A DNA stretch of 64,000 bases. Origin: an uncultured delta proteobacterium (GTDB lineage Bacteria > Myxococcota > Kuafuiibacteriia > Kuafuiibacteriales > Kuafuiibacteriaceae). The stretch is taken from contig CAWDML010000001.1 of assembly GCA_963803435.1 (NCBI GenBank), forward strand, positions 1,248,001 to 1,312,000, written 5' to 3'. A program made the translations under genes and the position numbers. Below, one piece after another: positions 38,684 through 47,441 of this stretch. Numbering within the stretch: the stretch's first letter is position 1; each line of letters begins with the position of its first letter. The notes under the pieces are model-generated. The model did not search any database, was not told the origin of the DNA, and worked only from the letters and a program-made list of their open reading frames with translations.

Positions 38684-39183
38684 ATCCCATCGTCGCCGGC
38701 GCCGTCTCGCTGTGCTTGATCGGCGTCGCGGATCAGCGGCAGGCCACCGAGGCGACGCTGATGAGCCTGCGCGGTGCGATCGCCGTGTTCAAGATCCGCA
38801 CCGATCGCTGGCCGCGCAACCTCGCGGAGGTGGCCGAGGCGCGGCTGATCGACGCGGTGCCGAACGACGCCTGGGGCCGCCCGTTCCTCTGGCTCCGGCC
38901 GATCGACCGGCGCGGCTCGGGATGCCTGCTCTCCACCGGACCGGACGGGCAGCCCGCCACCGCGGACGACGTCACCGAGGGCTGCGATCCGGCCGTGCTC
39001 AACCAGCACCTCCTGGTGCGCGCCGGGCTGCTCCACGCCTCCGAGCAGCGCGACGCCTACGGCCATCCGATCCAGCTGCTCCACGAGGGCCACGGGCTGC
39101 TCGCCTGGTCCTACGGGCCCGACGGACGACCCGACACCTCGGACGACCAGGTGGCGCGCATCGCCGAGCGAGGGGGCGACTGA
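38680..39183 (+). CDS. Atypical GspG-like protein with duplicated pseudopilin C-terminal motif and no prepilin leader
   Basis: DAWGRPF...STGPDGQPATADD and DAYGHPI...SYGPDGRPDTSDD; overlaps the gspE stop (ATGA) and the gspF start (TGATG). Confidence 0.75.
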   Translation: MNPIVAGAVSLCLIGVADQRQATEATLMSLRGAIAVFKIRTDRWPRNLAEVAEARLIDAVPNDAWGRPFLWLRPIDRRGSGCLLSTGPDGQPATADDVTEGCDPAVLNQHLLVRAGLLHASEQRDAYGHPIQLLHEGHGLLAWSYGPDGRPDTSDDQVARIAERGGD

Positions 39184-40418
39184 TGCCCGTCTACGCCTAC
39201 AAGGGCCTCGACCTCGGCGGGAAGGAGGTCAAGGGCCTCCTCGACGCCGAGTCGCCCAAGATGCTCCGCACGCTGCTCAAGAAGCAGGGGGTGCGGATCG
39301 TCGATCACCACGAGGAGAGCCAGAAGAAGGGGAAGGTCCAGATCACCGGGTCGACGGAGATCGACCTGAAGAAGTACTTCGAGCGCGTCACCGTCGCGGA
39401 CGTCGCGCTCACCACGCGCCAGCTGGCCACCCTTCTCAAGAGCGGCATCACGCTGATCAACTCGCTGTCCGCGATCGTCGACCAGGTCGAGAACGAGAAG
39501 CTCAAGAAGGCGTTCGGCGAGATCAAGACGTCCGTCAACGAGGGCTCCTCACTCGCCGACGCCATGGGCCAGCACCCGGCGATCTTCGACCATCTCTACG
39601 TCAGCATGGTGCGCGCGGGTGAAGCGTCCGGCGCGCTGGACGCCGTGCTGGTCCGCCTCGCCGACTTCACCGAGTCGCAGGCCCGCCTGCGCTCGAAGAT
39701 CATGAGCGCGATGCTCTACCCGATCATCATGCTCGGTATCGGCAGCATCATCATGGTCATCCTCTTCGTGGTGGTCATCCCTCGGATCACGAAGATCTTC
39801 GACCAGGTGAAGGCGGAGCTGCCGATCCAGACGAAGATCCTGATCTTCATGGCCGACGTGGTGAAGGGCTACTGGTGGCTGCTGGTGCCCAGCGTGGTCT
39901 TCGGGATCGTGTTCTTCCTTCGCTGGAAGAAGTCGGACAAGGGAAGGCCCAAGTGGGACCGTTACATCTTGGTCGCCCCGATCGTCGGAGCCGTGGTGCG
40001 GCTGGTGGCGATCGCGCGCTTTGCCCGGACGCTGGCGACGCTGCTGCGCTCGGGTGTGCCGGTCCTGAACGCGCTCGACATCACCAAGGATGTGCTCAAC
40101 AATGTACGGCTCGCCGACGTCGTGGCGGAGGCGCGCGAAGCGATCCGCGAAGGTGAATCGATCGCCGCGCCGCTCAAGAAGTCACGCGAGTTCCCGCCGA
40201 TCGTGGTGCACATGATCGCGACCGGCGAGGCCTCGGGTCAGCTCGAGGAGATGCTGGAGCACGTGGCCGACAACTACGACTTTCAGGTGGACCAGAAGGT
40301 GGAGAAGCTCACGACCCTGATCGAGCCCATCATGATCGTGGGCATGGGAGTGACCGTGGCATTCGTCGTGTTCTCCATCCTGATGCCCATCCTTCAGCTC
40401 TCGCAGCACATTCGGTGA
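39183..40418 (+). CDS. gspF: Type II secretion inner-membrane platform protein F
   Basis: MPVYAYKG, TRQLATLLKSG, MVRAGEASGAL, AMLYP, GEASGQLEEML, LIEPIMI. Confidence 0.96.
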   Translation: MPVYAYKGLDLGGKEVKGLLDAESPKMLRTLLKKQGVRIVDHHEESQKKGKVQITGSTEIDLKKYFERVTVADVALTTRQLATLLKSGITLINSLSAIVDQVENEKLKKAFGEIKTSVNEGSSLADAMGQHPAIFDHLYVSMVRAGEASGALDAVLVRLADFTESQARLRSKIMSAMLYPIIMLGIGSIIMVILFVVVIPRITKIFDQVKAELPIQTKILIFMADVVKGYWWLLVPSVVFGIVFFLRWKKSDKGRPKWDRYILVAPIVGAVVRLVAIARFARTLATLLRSGVPVLNALDITKDVLNNVRLADVVAEAREAIREGESIAAPLKKSREFPPIVVHMIATGEASGQLEEMLEHVADNYDFQVDQKVEKLTTLIEPIMIVGMGVTVAFVVFSILMPILQLSQHIR

Positions 40419-40428
40419 AGAGGACCAT

Positions 40429-40857
40429 ATGAACCAGAGCACCAAGCAGAGAAACAAGCGCCGGGGCCGAAGGAGTCGTCGCGGCTTGACGCTCATCGAG
40501 ATCCTCGTCGTCGTCACGATCCTCGGCCTCATCGCCGGGATCGTGGGCATCACGGTGGCGAACCAGCTCGAGGAGGCCAAGGTCGACACGGCCAACGTCC
40601 AGATGAAGAACATCTCGGAGGCCCTCGAGCTCTACAAGATCAAGTTCAACCGCTACCCGAACACCGCGGAGGGCCTCCAGGCGCTCTCGAAGCCGCCCGA
40701 GGGCAAGAAGCCGCTGATGGAGCACATCCCGAAGGACCCGTGGGACGCCGAGTTCATCTTCGTGTGCCCGGGCCAGCACACCCCGTCGAAGTTCGACCTC
40801 CAGTCGAAGGGGCCGGACGGCATCGCGGACTCAGAGGACGACGTGAAGAACTGGTGA
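40429..40857 (+). CDS. gspG: Major pseudopilin G
   Basis: G|LTLIEILVV, YPNTAEGLQAL, PKDPW, SKGPDG..SEDDVKNW. Confidence 0.95.
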   Translation: MNQSTKQRNKRRGRRSRRGLTLIEILVVVTILGLIAGIVGITVANQLEEAKVDTANVQMKNISEALELYKIKFNRYPNTAEGLQALSKPPEGKKPLMEHIPKDPWDAEFIFVCPGQHTPSKFDLQSKGPDGIADSEDDVKNW

Positions 40858-40861
40858 AGGT

Positions 40862-41563
40862 ATGAAGCGGCCCCGGCACCATCGCGTCGGTCTGACGCTC
40901 ATCGAGATCACGGTCGCGCTCGCGATCGCAGCGCTGGTGGTCGGGGCCGGCGTGATCAGCCTGAACGCCCTCACCGATGCCGACCTCAAGTCGGCCGCCG
41001 TCGAGATCACCGGAGCGATCAAGTTCACCTACGATCGCTCGATCATGCAGAAGCGCACCGAGCGCATGGGCTTCGACATCAACAAGGGCCTCTGGTGGAT
41101 CGACTACACGGACGATCCGTACGCGCTCGCTCGCGAGCGCACCACCGGCAAGAGCGGAGCGGAGTCGCCGGATGACAAGAAGCCGGCCAAGGCCCAGACG
41201 CTCGACGAGCTCTTCGAGAAGGCCGACGACCCGGAGACCGAGGTCAAGCAGGCGATGGCCGGCGGGAAGGCCTCGGCGTTCGCAGGCGACGAGGAGGCCG
41301 GGCCCCCGCGGAACCTTCCGAGCGGCGTCTCCTTCTCCAAGGTCTGGACTGGACACCAGGACGAGCCGTTCACCGAGGGCATCGCGTACCTGCACTTCTT
41401 CCGCAGCGGCTGGACCGAGCCGGCGCAGATCGAGCTGACGGACGGCGACGACTACATCACCCTGAAGGTCTTCCCGCTGACGGGCCGGGTGCGCATGTAC
41501 AAGAAGAAGATCGACGACCAGAAGGCGGAACGGGTCGACGGCCGCGAGGAGGGCGACGAATGA
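40862..41563 (+). CDS. gspH: Minor pseudopilin H
   Basis: G|LTLIEITV prepilin site; position after gspG. Confidence 0.85.
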   Translation: MKRPRHHRVGLTLIEITVALAIAALVVGAGVISLNALTDADLKSAAVEITGAIKFTYDRSIMQKRTERMGFDINKGLWWIDYTDDPYALARERTTGKSGAESPDDKKPAKAQTLDELFEKADDPETEVKQAMAGGKASAFAGDEEAGPPRNLPSGVSFSKVWTGHQDEPFTEGIAYLHFFRSGWTEPAQIELTDGDDYITLKVFPLTGRVRMYKKKIDDQKAERVDGREEGDE

Positions 41564-42411
41564 CCAACACGCGTGGCTTCACCTTGCTCGAAGTGATGGT
41601 GGCGATCTCGATCCTGGCGCTGTCGCTGGTCGCGATCGGGGGGATCAACGCAAACAGCTTCGAATCCTCCAACTACGCCAAGCACTTGACGGTCGCCACG
41701 CTGCTGGCGCGCTCCAAGATGATCGACATCGAGGAGGACCTCCGCAAGAACGGCTTCGGCAACGGAGAGCGGAACTGGGACGGCGACTTCTCCGAGGAGG
41801 GGTACTCGGAGCTCCGCTGGACCGCGGTGGCGCGGCCGGTGGACATCGACGTGGGCCAGCTCCTGGGCCCGCTCCTCGGCGGCGAGGTCTCCTCCGACAA
41901 GCTGCCCGAGCAGATGCAGGCGTTCCTCGGCGCGATGAACGGCGAGCTGCCGGCGGTTGGCGACGAGGCCTCGAAGTATGCCGAAGAGGTCGGCGGCTCG
42001 GATCTGAAGCAACTGATGGGCGGGGAGCAGATGGAGCTGATCTTCAAGCAGGTCGGCGAGACGCTCGGCGACTCGATCCGCGAGATCACGGTCGAGATCG
42101 AGTGGGGCAAGGCGGGCGTCGATCTGGAGAACGTCAAGTTCGTGCAGTACGTGACCACGACCGGCCGCCTCTCCTTCCAGGCGCCCCCGGCAGGTCCCAC
42201 CGGGAACACCGTGGACACGAATGGAGACGGGATCCCGGACGCGCCCGCCGGTGCGAACGTGAACGGGAGCCCCCTCGACCACCTCTTGCACGGGACCGGG
42301 CTCCAGCAGAACGGCGCGCTCACGCCGAACGGCCGCAACCCGTTCACCGGCGGGCTCTTCCCGCCCACGCTCCCCGGCGGCTCGCCGAACCCGGTGAAGG
42401 AGGGCAAATGA
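41560..42411 (+). CDS. gspI: Minor pseudopilin I (extended C-terminus)
   Basis: G|FTLLEVMVA, ATLLARSKM; position in operon. Confidence 0.85.
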   Translation: MTNTRGFTLLEVMVAISILALSLVAIGGINANSFESSNYAKHLTVATLLARSKMIDIEEDLRKNGFGNGERNWDGDFSEEGYSELRWTAVARPVDIDVGQLLGPLLGGEVSSDKLPEQMQAFLGAMNGELPAVGDEASKYAEEVGGSDLKQLMGGEQMELIFKQVGETLGDSIREITVEIEWGKAGVDLENVKFVQYVTTTGRLSFQAPPAGPTGNTVDTNGDGIPDAPAGANVNGSPLDHLLHGTGLQQNGALTPNGRNPFTGGLFPPTLPGGSPNPVKEGK

Positions 42412-43091
42412 GACGCCCCCATCGACCCGAAGCCGGTCTGACGCTGATGGAGGTCGCCCTGGCAGTGGCGATCCTCGCGGTGATCGCGACGCTCACCTGG
42501 GGCTCGGTGGCCCGGAGCTTCGACGCCTACGAGACGGTCACAGACATCGATCGCAGCTATCACAACGTCCGCGTGGCGATGAACCGGATGGCCAAGGAGC
42601 TGTCGATGGCCTTCATCGACTCGGACCGCCGTCACCGCGGCAAGGAGCGGATGTGGAAGACGATCTTCAAGTCGGAGAACGGCTCTCCCTTCCAGGTGCT
42701 CCACTTCACCGCCTTCGCCCACGAGATCCTGCGGGCCGACGCCAAGGAGTCGGACCAGTGCGAGATCTCATACTTCGGTGAGACCGACCCCGACCACCCG
42801 GGCCAGATCAACCTGATGCGGCGCGAGGATCCGCGCATCGATCGCGAGCCCACCGAGGGTGGCCGCTCCTACGTGCTCGCGGAGAACATCAAGGACTTCA
42901 AGCTTCGGTTCTACGATCCGAAGGACGACGACTGGACCAACGACTGGGACACACTCGACGACGAGGAGTACCGGGGCCGGCTGCCGACGATCGTCGAGAT
43001 CACGATGGTGATCGAGGACGAGAACAAGCACGAGGTGAAGTTCGTCACCAAGGCGCGCATCAACCTGACGCAGGAGCTGGGGACGCTATGA
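42408..43091 (+). CDS. gspJ: Minor pseudopilin J
   Basis: G|LTLMEVALA, RMAKELSMAF, LRFYD...W...WD, LPTIVEI. Confidence 0.88.
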   Translation: MRRPHRPEAGLTLMEVALAVAILAVIATLTWGSVARSFDAYETVTDIDRSYHNVRVAMNRMAKELSMAFIDSDRRHRGKERMWKTIFKSENGSPFQVLHFTAFAHEILRADAKESDQCEISYFGETDPDHPGQINLMRREDPRIDREPTEGGRSYVLAENIKDFKLRFYDPKDDDWTNDWDTLDDEEYRGRLPTIVEITMVIEDENKHEVKFVTKARINLTQELGTL

Positions 43092-44353
43092 AGCTGTTTC
43101 AGTCGACCCACCAGCGCCGCCGCCGTGGGGCGAAGCGCCCGCACGAGCGAAGGGGCATCGCCCTGATCATGGTCATGGTGATCACCACCGTGCTGAGCGC
43201 GATCGCTGCCGACCTCAAGAATGAGTCGCAGGTCAACCTGCAGGCCGCCGCCAACGCGCGCGACGAGCTGCAGGCCTACTATCACGCCCGCAGCGCCCTC
43301 GAGCTCGAGCTCTTCGTGCTGCGCTTCCAGAACATGCTCAAGCAGACGATCGGCCAGTTCATCCCGATCCCGCTGTTCGAGCTCTCTGGCTTCCTCGTCT
43401 CTTCGGACACGCTGAAGGGGATCCTCAACCGCGACGCCACGCCCTCCGACGCCCCCCGCTCGAAGGGAGAGAGCGGAAAGGCCTCCAAGGGCGGCGACAA
43501 CGGAAAGGCCTCCTCGTTCGATGCGCCGTTCGGCGACTTCCAGGGCTCGTTCTGGATCGACGAGATCGTCGACGAGAACCGCAAGATCAACCTGCACGGG
43601 AACTTCGGCGTCGGCTGCGAGAACTTCCTCCACCTCCTGATGGCGGCGGTGTTCGACGACCCGAAGTACGACGTCCTCTTCGAATCGCTGGGCGAGACCC
43701 ATGATCCGGTGCGAAACCGGATCGAGCTGATCGCGAACATCACCGACTGGATCGACGGTGACGACAACGTCGACACCGTCTGCATCCTCACGCAGGACCG
43801 CTCGCTCTCCAGCGTCTCCGAGGACACGCGCTACGACCACCTGCCCTACAACGCCCAGTACAAGCCGAAGAACGGGATGATGAGCTCGCTCGAGGAGATG
43901 CGCATGGTCCCGGGCGTCAACGACGCCTTCATGCGGATCTTCTCCAAGTACTTCACGGTCTGGAGCGACAACGTCGGCGTCAACATGCAGACCGCCGACG
44001 ACTGGATGATCCTGGCGATCATTCGCGCCGTCAGCGCCACACCGCCGACGCCGGGCGATCAGGAGAAGTACCAGAAGTTCTTCCAGGAGAAGGCGCTGAT
44101 GACGGCGATGCCCCCGCCGCTCAACAAGCTCTCCAAGCAGGCCTTCGAGCAGCTCCTCCAGACCGCTGAGATCCCGTACGACCAGAAGAAGCTGGAGACG
44201 CTGGTGCAAAAGAACTACCTGCGCTTCGAGGACATCTCGAGCGTTTACAAGATCACCGCCGTCGGGCGCGTCAACGACGCCTCCTCGAAGATCACCGTGG
44301 TATGGCGCGGCTTCGGCAACAACGGCGAGCTCTACTACTGGCGAGAGGAGTGA
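43088..44353 (+). CDS. gspK: Minor pseudopilin K
   Basis: RRG|IALIMV, DENRKINL, ITDWIDGD, KNGMMSSLEEMRMVPGV. Confidence 0.92.
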   Translation: MKLFQSTHQRRRRGAKRPHERRGIALIMVMVITTVLSAIAADLKNESQVNLQAAANARDELQAYYHARSALELELFVLRFQNMLKQTIGQFIPIPLFELSGFLVSSDTLKGILNRDATPSDAPRSKGESGKASKGGDNGKASSFDAPFGDFQGSFWIDEIVDENRKINLHGNFGVGCENFLHLLMAAVFDDPKYDVLFESLGETHDPVRNRIELIANITDWIDGDDNVDTVCILTQDRSLSSVSEDTRYDHLPYNAQYKPKNGMMSSLEEMRMVPGVNDAFMRIFSKYFTVWSDNVGVNMQTADDWMILAIIRAVSATPPTPGDQEKYQKFFQEKALMTAMPPPLNKLSKQAFEQLLQTAEIPYDQKKLETLVQKNYLRFEDISSVYKITAVGRVNDASSKITVVWRGFGNNGELYYWREE

Positions 44354-44359
44354 CCGGTC

Positions 44360-46006
44360 ATGCCGCAGAAGATCCTCGGAGTCGATCTCGGCTCCTGGTC
44401 GGTGAAGGGCGTGCTCCTCGAATCGAGCTTCCGCGGGTTCCGTGTCGAAGCGGTCCACGAGGAGCTGCTCGCCCCGGGTGAGCCGGAGACCAGGAGGCAA
44501 CGCCAGCTCGACGCGCTGGGACGTATGATCGGCGAGTCGCGCCTGAAGGGCGACGTGATGGTGGCCGGCTTCCCCGGTGAGCAGGCCACCATGCGCTGGG
44601 TGACGCTCCCGTACGGCGATCAGCGGAAGATCGACCAGACGATCGCGGGCGAGCTCGCGGACGTGCTGCCGTTCGACGTACTCGACGCGGTCACCGATCA
44701 CGAGGTCCTCGATCGGGCCCGGCACGAGTCGACCTCGCTCTGCGCCGCCGCCGTATCGGATCACGTGGGCGCGTTCCTGGAGGCCCTGCAGTCGAGCGGC
44801 GCCGATCCCAAGTTCCTCCCGATCGACGTGCTGCAGCTCTACAACCTGTACACGCACTTCCTGAAGGAGGACGCCTCGAAGCCCGAGGTCGCGACGGCCC
44901 CCTCCGAGGAGGCGAACACATTCATCGCGCCCTCGCCGGTCGGCCCCCCGGACGCCCGGCTGCTCGTCGACATCGGGCACGAGCGCACCCTGGTCTGCGC
45001 CTGCTACGAGAAGGGCATCGCGCACGTCCGCGTGCTCCGCGCCGGCGGCCGTGCGGTCACTGAGGCCATCGCGAAGGCCTACCAGCTCTCGTGGGCCGAC
45101 GCGGAGGCGGGCAAACACGAGGACGCGCTGGCCACCTCGCCGCGCCGGCCGGCCACCGACGACGCCTCCCAGAAGATGTCGGAGGTGGTGGAGCAAGGGC
45201 TGTCGCCGCTGGTCCGGGAGCTGCGGCGCACGATCCAGTCGATCCGCAAGGAGAAGCGCGTGCGGGTGGCGCGGATCGATCTCCTCGGCGGCGGATCGCG
45301 GATCAAGAACCTCGCCAACTATCTCGCCGAACAGCTCAACGTCCCGGTAGCGATGGGGCTGGCGGTGGAGCAGGCCGTCGAGCGGCAGGCCGAGGCCTCG
45401 CAGCGGGCCTCGTTCGCGCTGGCCCTCGGGTGCGCGCTGCGGGCCACCGGAGATGCGCCGGTCTCGCGGATCGATCTCCGGCGCGGCGAGTATCAGTTCG
45501 CCGGCCAGCTCCAGCACCTGCGCCGGCGTGCGCCCTTGATGGCGATCGCGGCCGGCGTGCTGACCGTGCTGCTGATGATCAACACGATCGTGCAGTACCA
45601 GGTGATCAGCTCCCGCGAGACCGCCATCGATCGCCAGTTCTGCGAGATCACGAAGAAGGTGGTCGGCCGCGAGATCTGCGAGCCGACGGTCGCGATCTCG
45701 GTCGTGAAGCAGCCGACCAGCGAGCTCGGCAACTTCGCGCTGCCCGAGAAGTCGGCGTTCCGGATCGCGGCCGAGCTCTCGCACCTGGTGCCGAAAGAGC
45801 TCGAGCTCACGCTCAGCGAGATGGAGATCACGCCCGACCGGGCGCGGCTCTCGGGCGAGACCCAGAGCTTCGACGCGGTCGATCAGCTGGTGAGCGCCTA
45901 CGCCGCCGACAAGTGCTTCACCGAGATCAAGAAGAGCGGCCTGCGCAAGAAGAGCGACGGGGACGGCGTGGAGTTCCAGCTCTCGATCCAACTGGGGTGT
46001 CCGTGA
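44360..46006 (+). CDS. gspL: Type II secretion protein L (PilM-like actin fold + PilN-like domain)
   Basis: LGVDLGSWSVK, LVDIGHERT, LLGGGSRI, single TM, periplasmic domain. Confidence 0.88.
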   Translation: MPQKILGVDLGSWSVKGVLLESSFRGFRVEAVHEELLAPGEPETRRQRQLDALGRMIGESRLKGDVMVAGFPGEQATMRWVTLPYGDQRKIDQTIAGELADVLPFDVLDAVTDHEVLDRARHESTSLCAAAVSDHVGAFLEALQSSGADPKFLPIDVLQLYNLYTHFLKEDASKPEVATAPSEEANTFIAPSPVGPPDARLLVDIGHERTLVCACYEKGIAHVRVLRAGGRAVTEAIAKAYQLSWADAEAGKHEDALATSPRRPATDDASQKMSEVVEQGLSPLVRELRRTIQSIRKEKRVRVARIDLLGGGSRIKNLANYLAEQLNVPVAMGLAVEQAVERQAEASQRASFALALGCALRATGDAPVSRIDLRRGEYQFAGQLQHLRRRAPLMAIAAGVLTVLLMINTIVQYQVISSRETAIDRQFCEITKKVVGREICEPTVAISVVKQPTSELGNFALPEKSAFRIAAELSHLVPKELELTLSEMEITPDRARLSGETQSFDAVDQLVSAYAADKCFTEIKKSGLRKKSDGDGVEFQLSIQLGCP

Positions 46007-46560
46007 TGAAGGCGAAGCTGAGTCAGTTCGCGGTCGCGTTCGAGCGCCTGTCGGGGCGCGAGCAGGTCATGGTGATCGTCATGATCGTCGGCCTGATCGG
46101 GATGATCGTCGGGTTCGGCGGTTACTTCGTGAACAAGGACCTGCACGCGAAGCACCGGCGGATCGAGGCGAAGATGGAGAAATTGAAGGAGATCGCCGAG
46201 CTCCGCGGCGACTACCAACGCCGCCTCAACGAGCAAAAGCGGCTCGCCGACGAGGTCCGTCGCAACAAGGACACCCGGATCCTCTCCTATCTCGAGGGCC
46301 TCTCGAAGAAGGCCAACATCGAGCTCAAGAACGCCTCCGAGCGCCAGGGTGAGGCCACCGGATCCGATCTGGTGAAGGAAGAGGCCGCCGAGGTCATGAT
46401 CCAGAACGTCTCGCTGGATCGCCTGAACGAGTTCCTGAAGCAGATCGAAGAGGGCAATCACCTGGTGAAGATCCGGCGCCTGAAGATCAAGACGCGCTTC
46501 GACAACAAGGAGATGCTCGACGCGAACGTCACCGTCGGCACCTTCAAACCCACGAGCTGA
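46006..46560 (+). CDS. gspM: Type II secretion protein M
   Basis: LSGREQ + TM + coiled coil + ferredoxin-like domain; ATG overlaps the gspL stop. Confidence 0.85.
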   Translation: MKAKLSQFAVAFERLSGREQVMVIVMIVGLIGMIVGFGGYFVNKDLHAKHRRIEAKMEKLKEIAELRGDYQRRLNEQKRLADEVRRNKDTRILSYLEGLSKKANIELKNASERQGEATGSDLVKEEAAEVMIQNVSLDRLNEFLKQIEEGNHLVKIRRLKIKTRFDNKEMLDANVTVGTFKPTS

Positions 46561-46565
46561 GGCAC

Positions 46566-47441
46566 ATGAACGCGGTCAAAATTGCCGGCTACGCCGCCTT
46601 CTTTCTGGTGAGCCTGCTGCTCTCCATCTACCTCACGTTCCCCTGGGACGCGGCCAAGGATCGCCTGCTCGACGTGGCCTCGCAGTACGCGGGTGGCCAG
46701 GTGACCGCCGAGAAGCTCGAGCCGAGCTGGTTCACCGGATTCACCGCCACCAAGGTGCGCTACAAGCCCCCTGAGGCGGAGGCGCCCATCGAGATCGACG
46801 AGGTCAACGCCCGCATCAAGCTCCTGGCCCTGCTCTCCGGCGCCGTCGGCGTCAGCGCGGAGGTCCCGATCGCGAAGGGCACGGTCTCGGCAGACCTGGT
46901 GGCCTCCGATCCGGAGCTCGACCTCGACGCGACCATCTCGCACGTCGAGCTGGCGCTGGTGCCCGGCCTCTCCGACGGCATCGGCCTCCCGCTGGGCGGC
47001 AAGATCGATCTCGTGGGCAAGATCCACCTGGACTCGAAGACGCCGAAGAACACGCAGGGAGAGCTCGATCTCAAGGCGGTCGGCCTCGAGATCCTCAAGG
47101 GCGGCAAGGTGTCCGGATTTCCGGTGCCCGAGCTCGCGATCGGCGACTTCAACTGGAAGATCCCGATCAAGGACGGCAAGGCGACGTTCGACAAGCAGGA
47201 GGTCAAGGGCGAGAACGTCGAGCTCAAGCTCGACGGCACGATCGACATCCTCGGTCAGCTCGATCGAAGCCTGCTGAAGCTGTTCATCTCCTTCAAGCCG
47301 ACGGACGCTTTCCTCAAGAAGGAGCCGATCCTCAACGCGCTCCTCCAGAACATCAACCGCGCCAAGGGCGCCGACGGCTTCTACACCTACTCGGTCAACG
47401 GAAGCGTCAAGCATCCGCGGTTCGCACCTGCGCGACGTTGA
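46566..47441 (+). CDS. gspN: Type II secretion protein N
   Basis: N-terminal TM with YLTFPWD followed by a beta-rich body; last gsp gene. Confidence 0.85.
   Translation: MNAVKIAGYAAFFLVSLLLSIYLTFPWDAAKDRLLDVASQYAGGQVTAEKLEPSWFTGFTATKVRYKPPEAEAPIEIDEVNARIKLLALLSGAVGVSAEVPIAKGTVSADLVASDPELDLDATISHVELALVPGLSDGIGLPLGGKIDLVGKIHLDSKTPKNTQGELDLKAVGLEILKGGKVSGFPVPELAIGDFNWKIPIKDGKATFDKQEVKGENVELKLDGTIDILGQLDRSLLKLFISFKPTDAFLKKEPILNALLQNINRAKGADGFYTYSVNGSVKHPRFAPARR

Noticed and set aside
38712-39182. N-terminally extended GspF (568 aa)
   Set aside because: The extension is an Arg/Ala-rich off-frame read of the GspG-like gene; canonical MPVYAYKG begins at 39183
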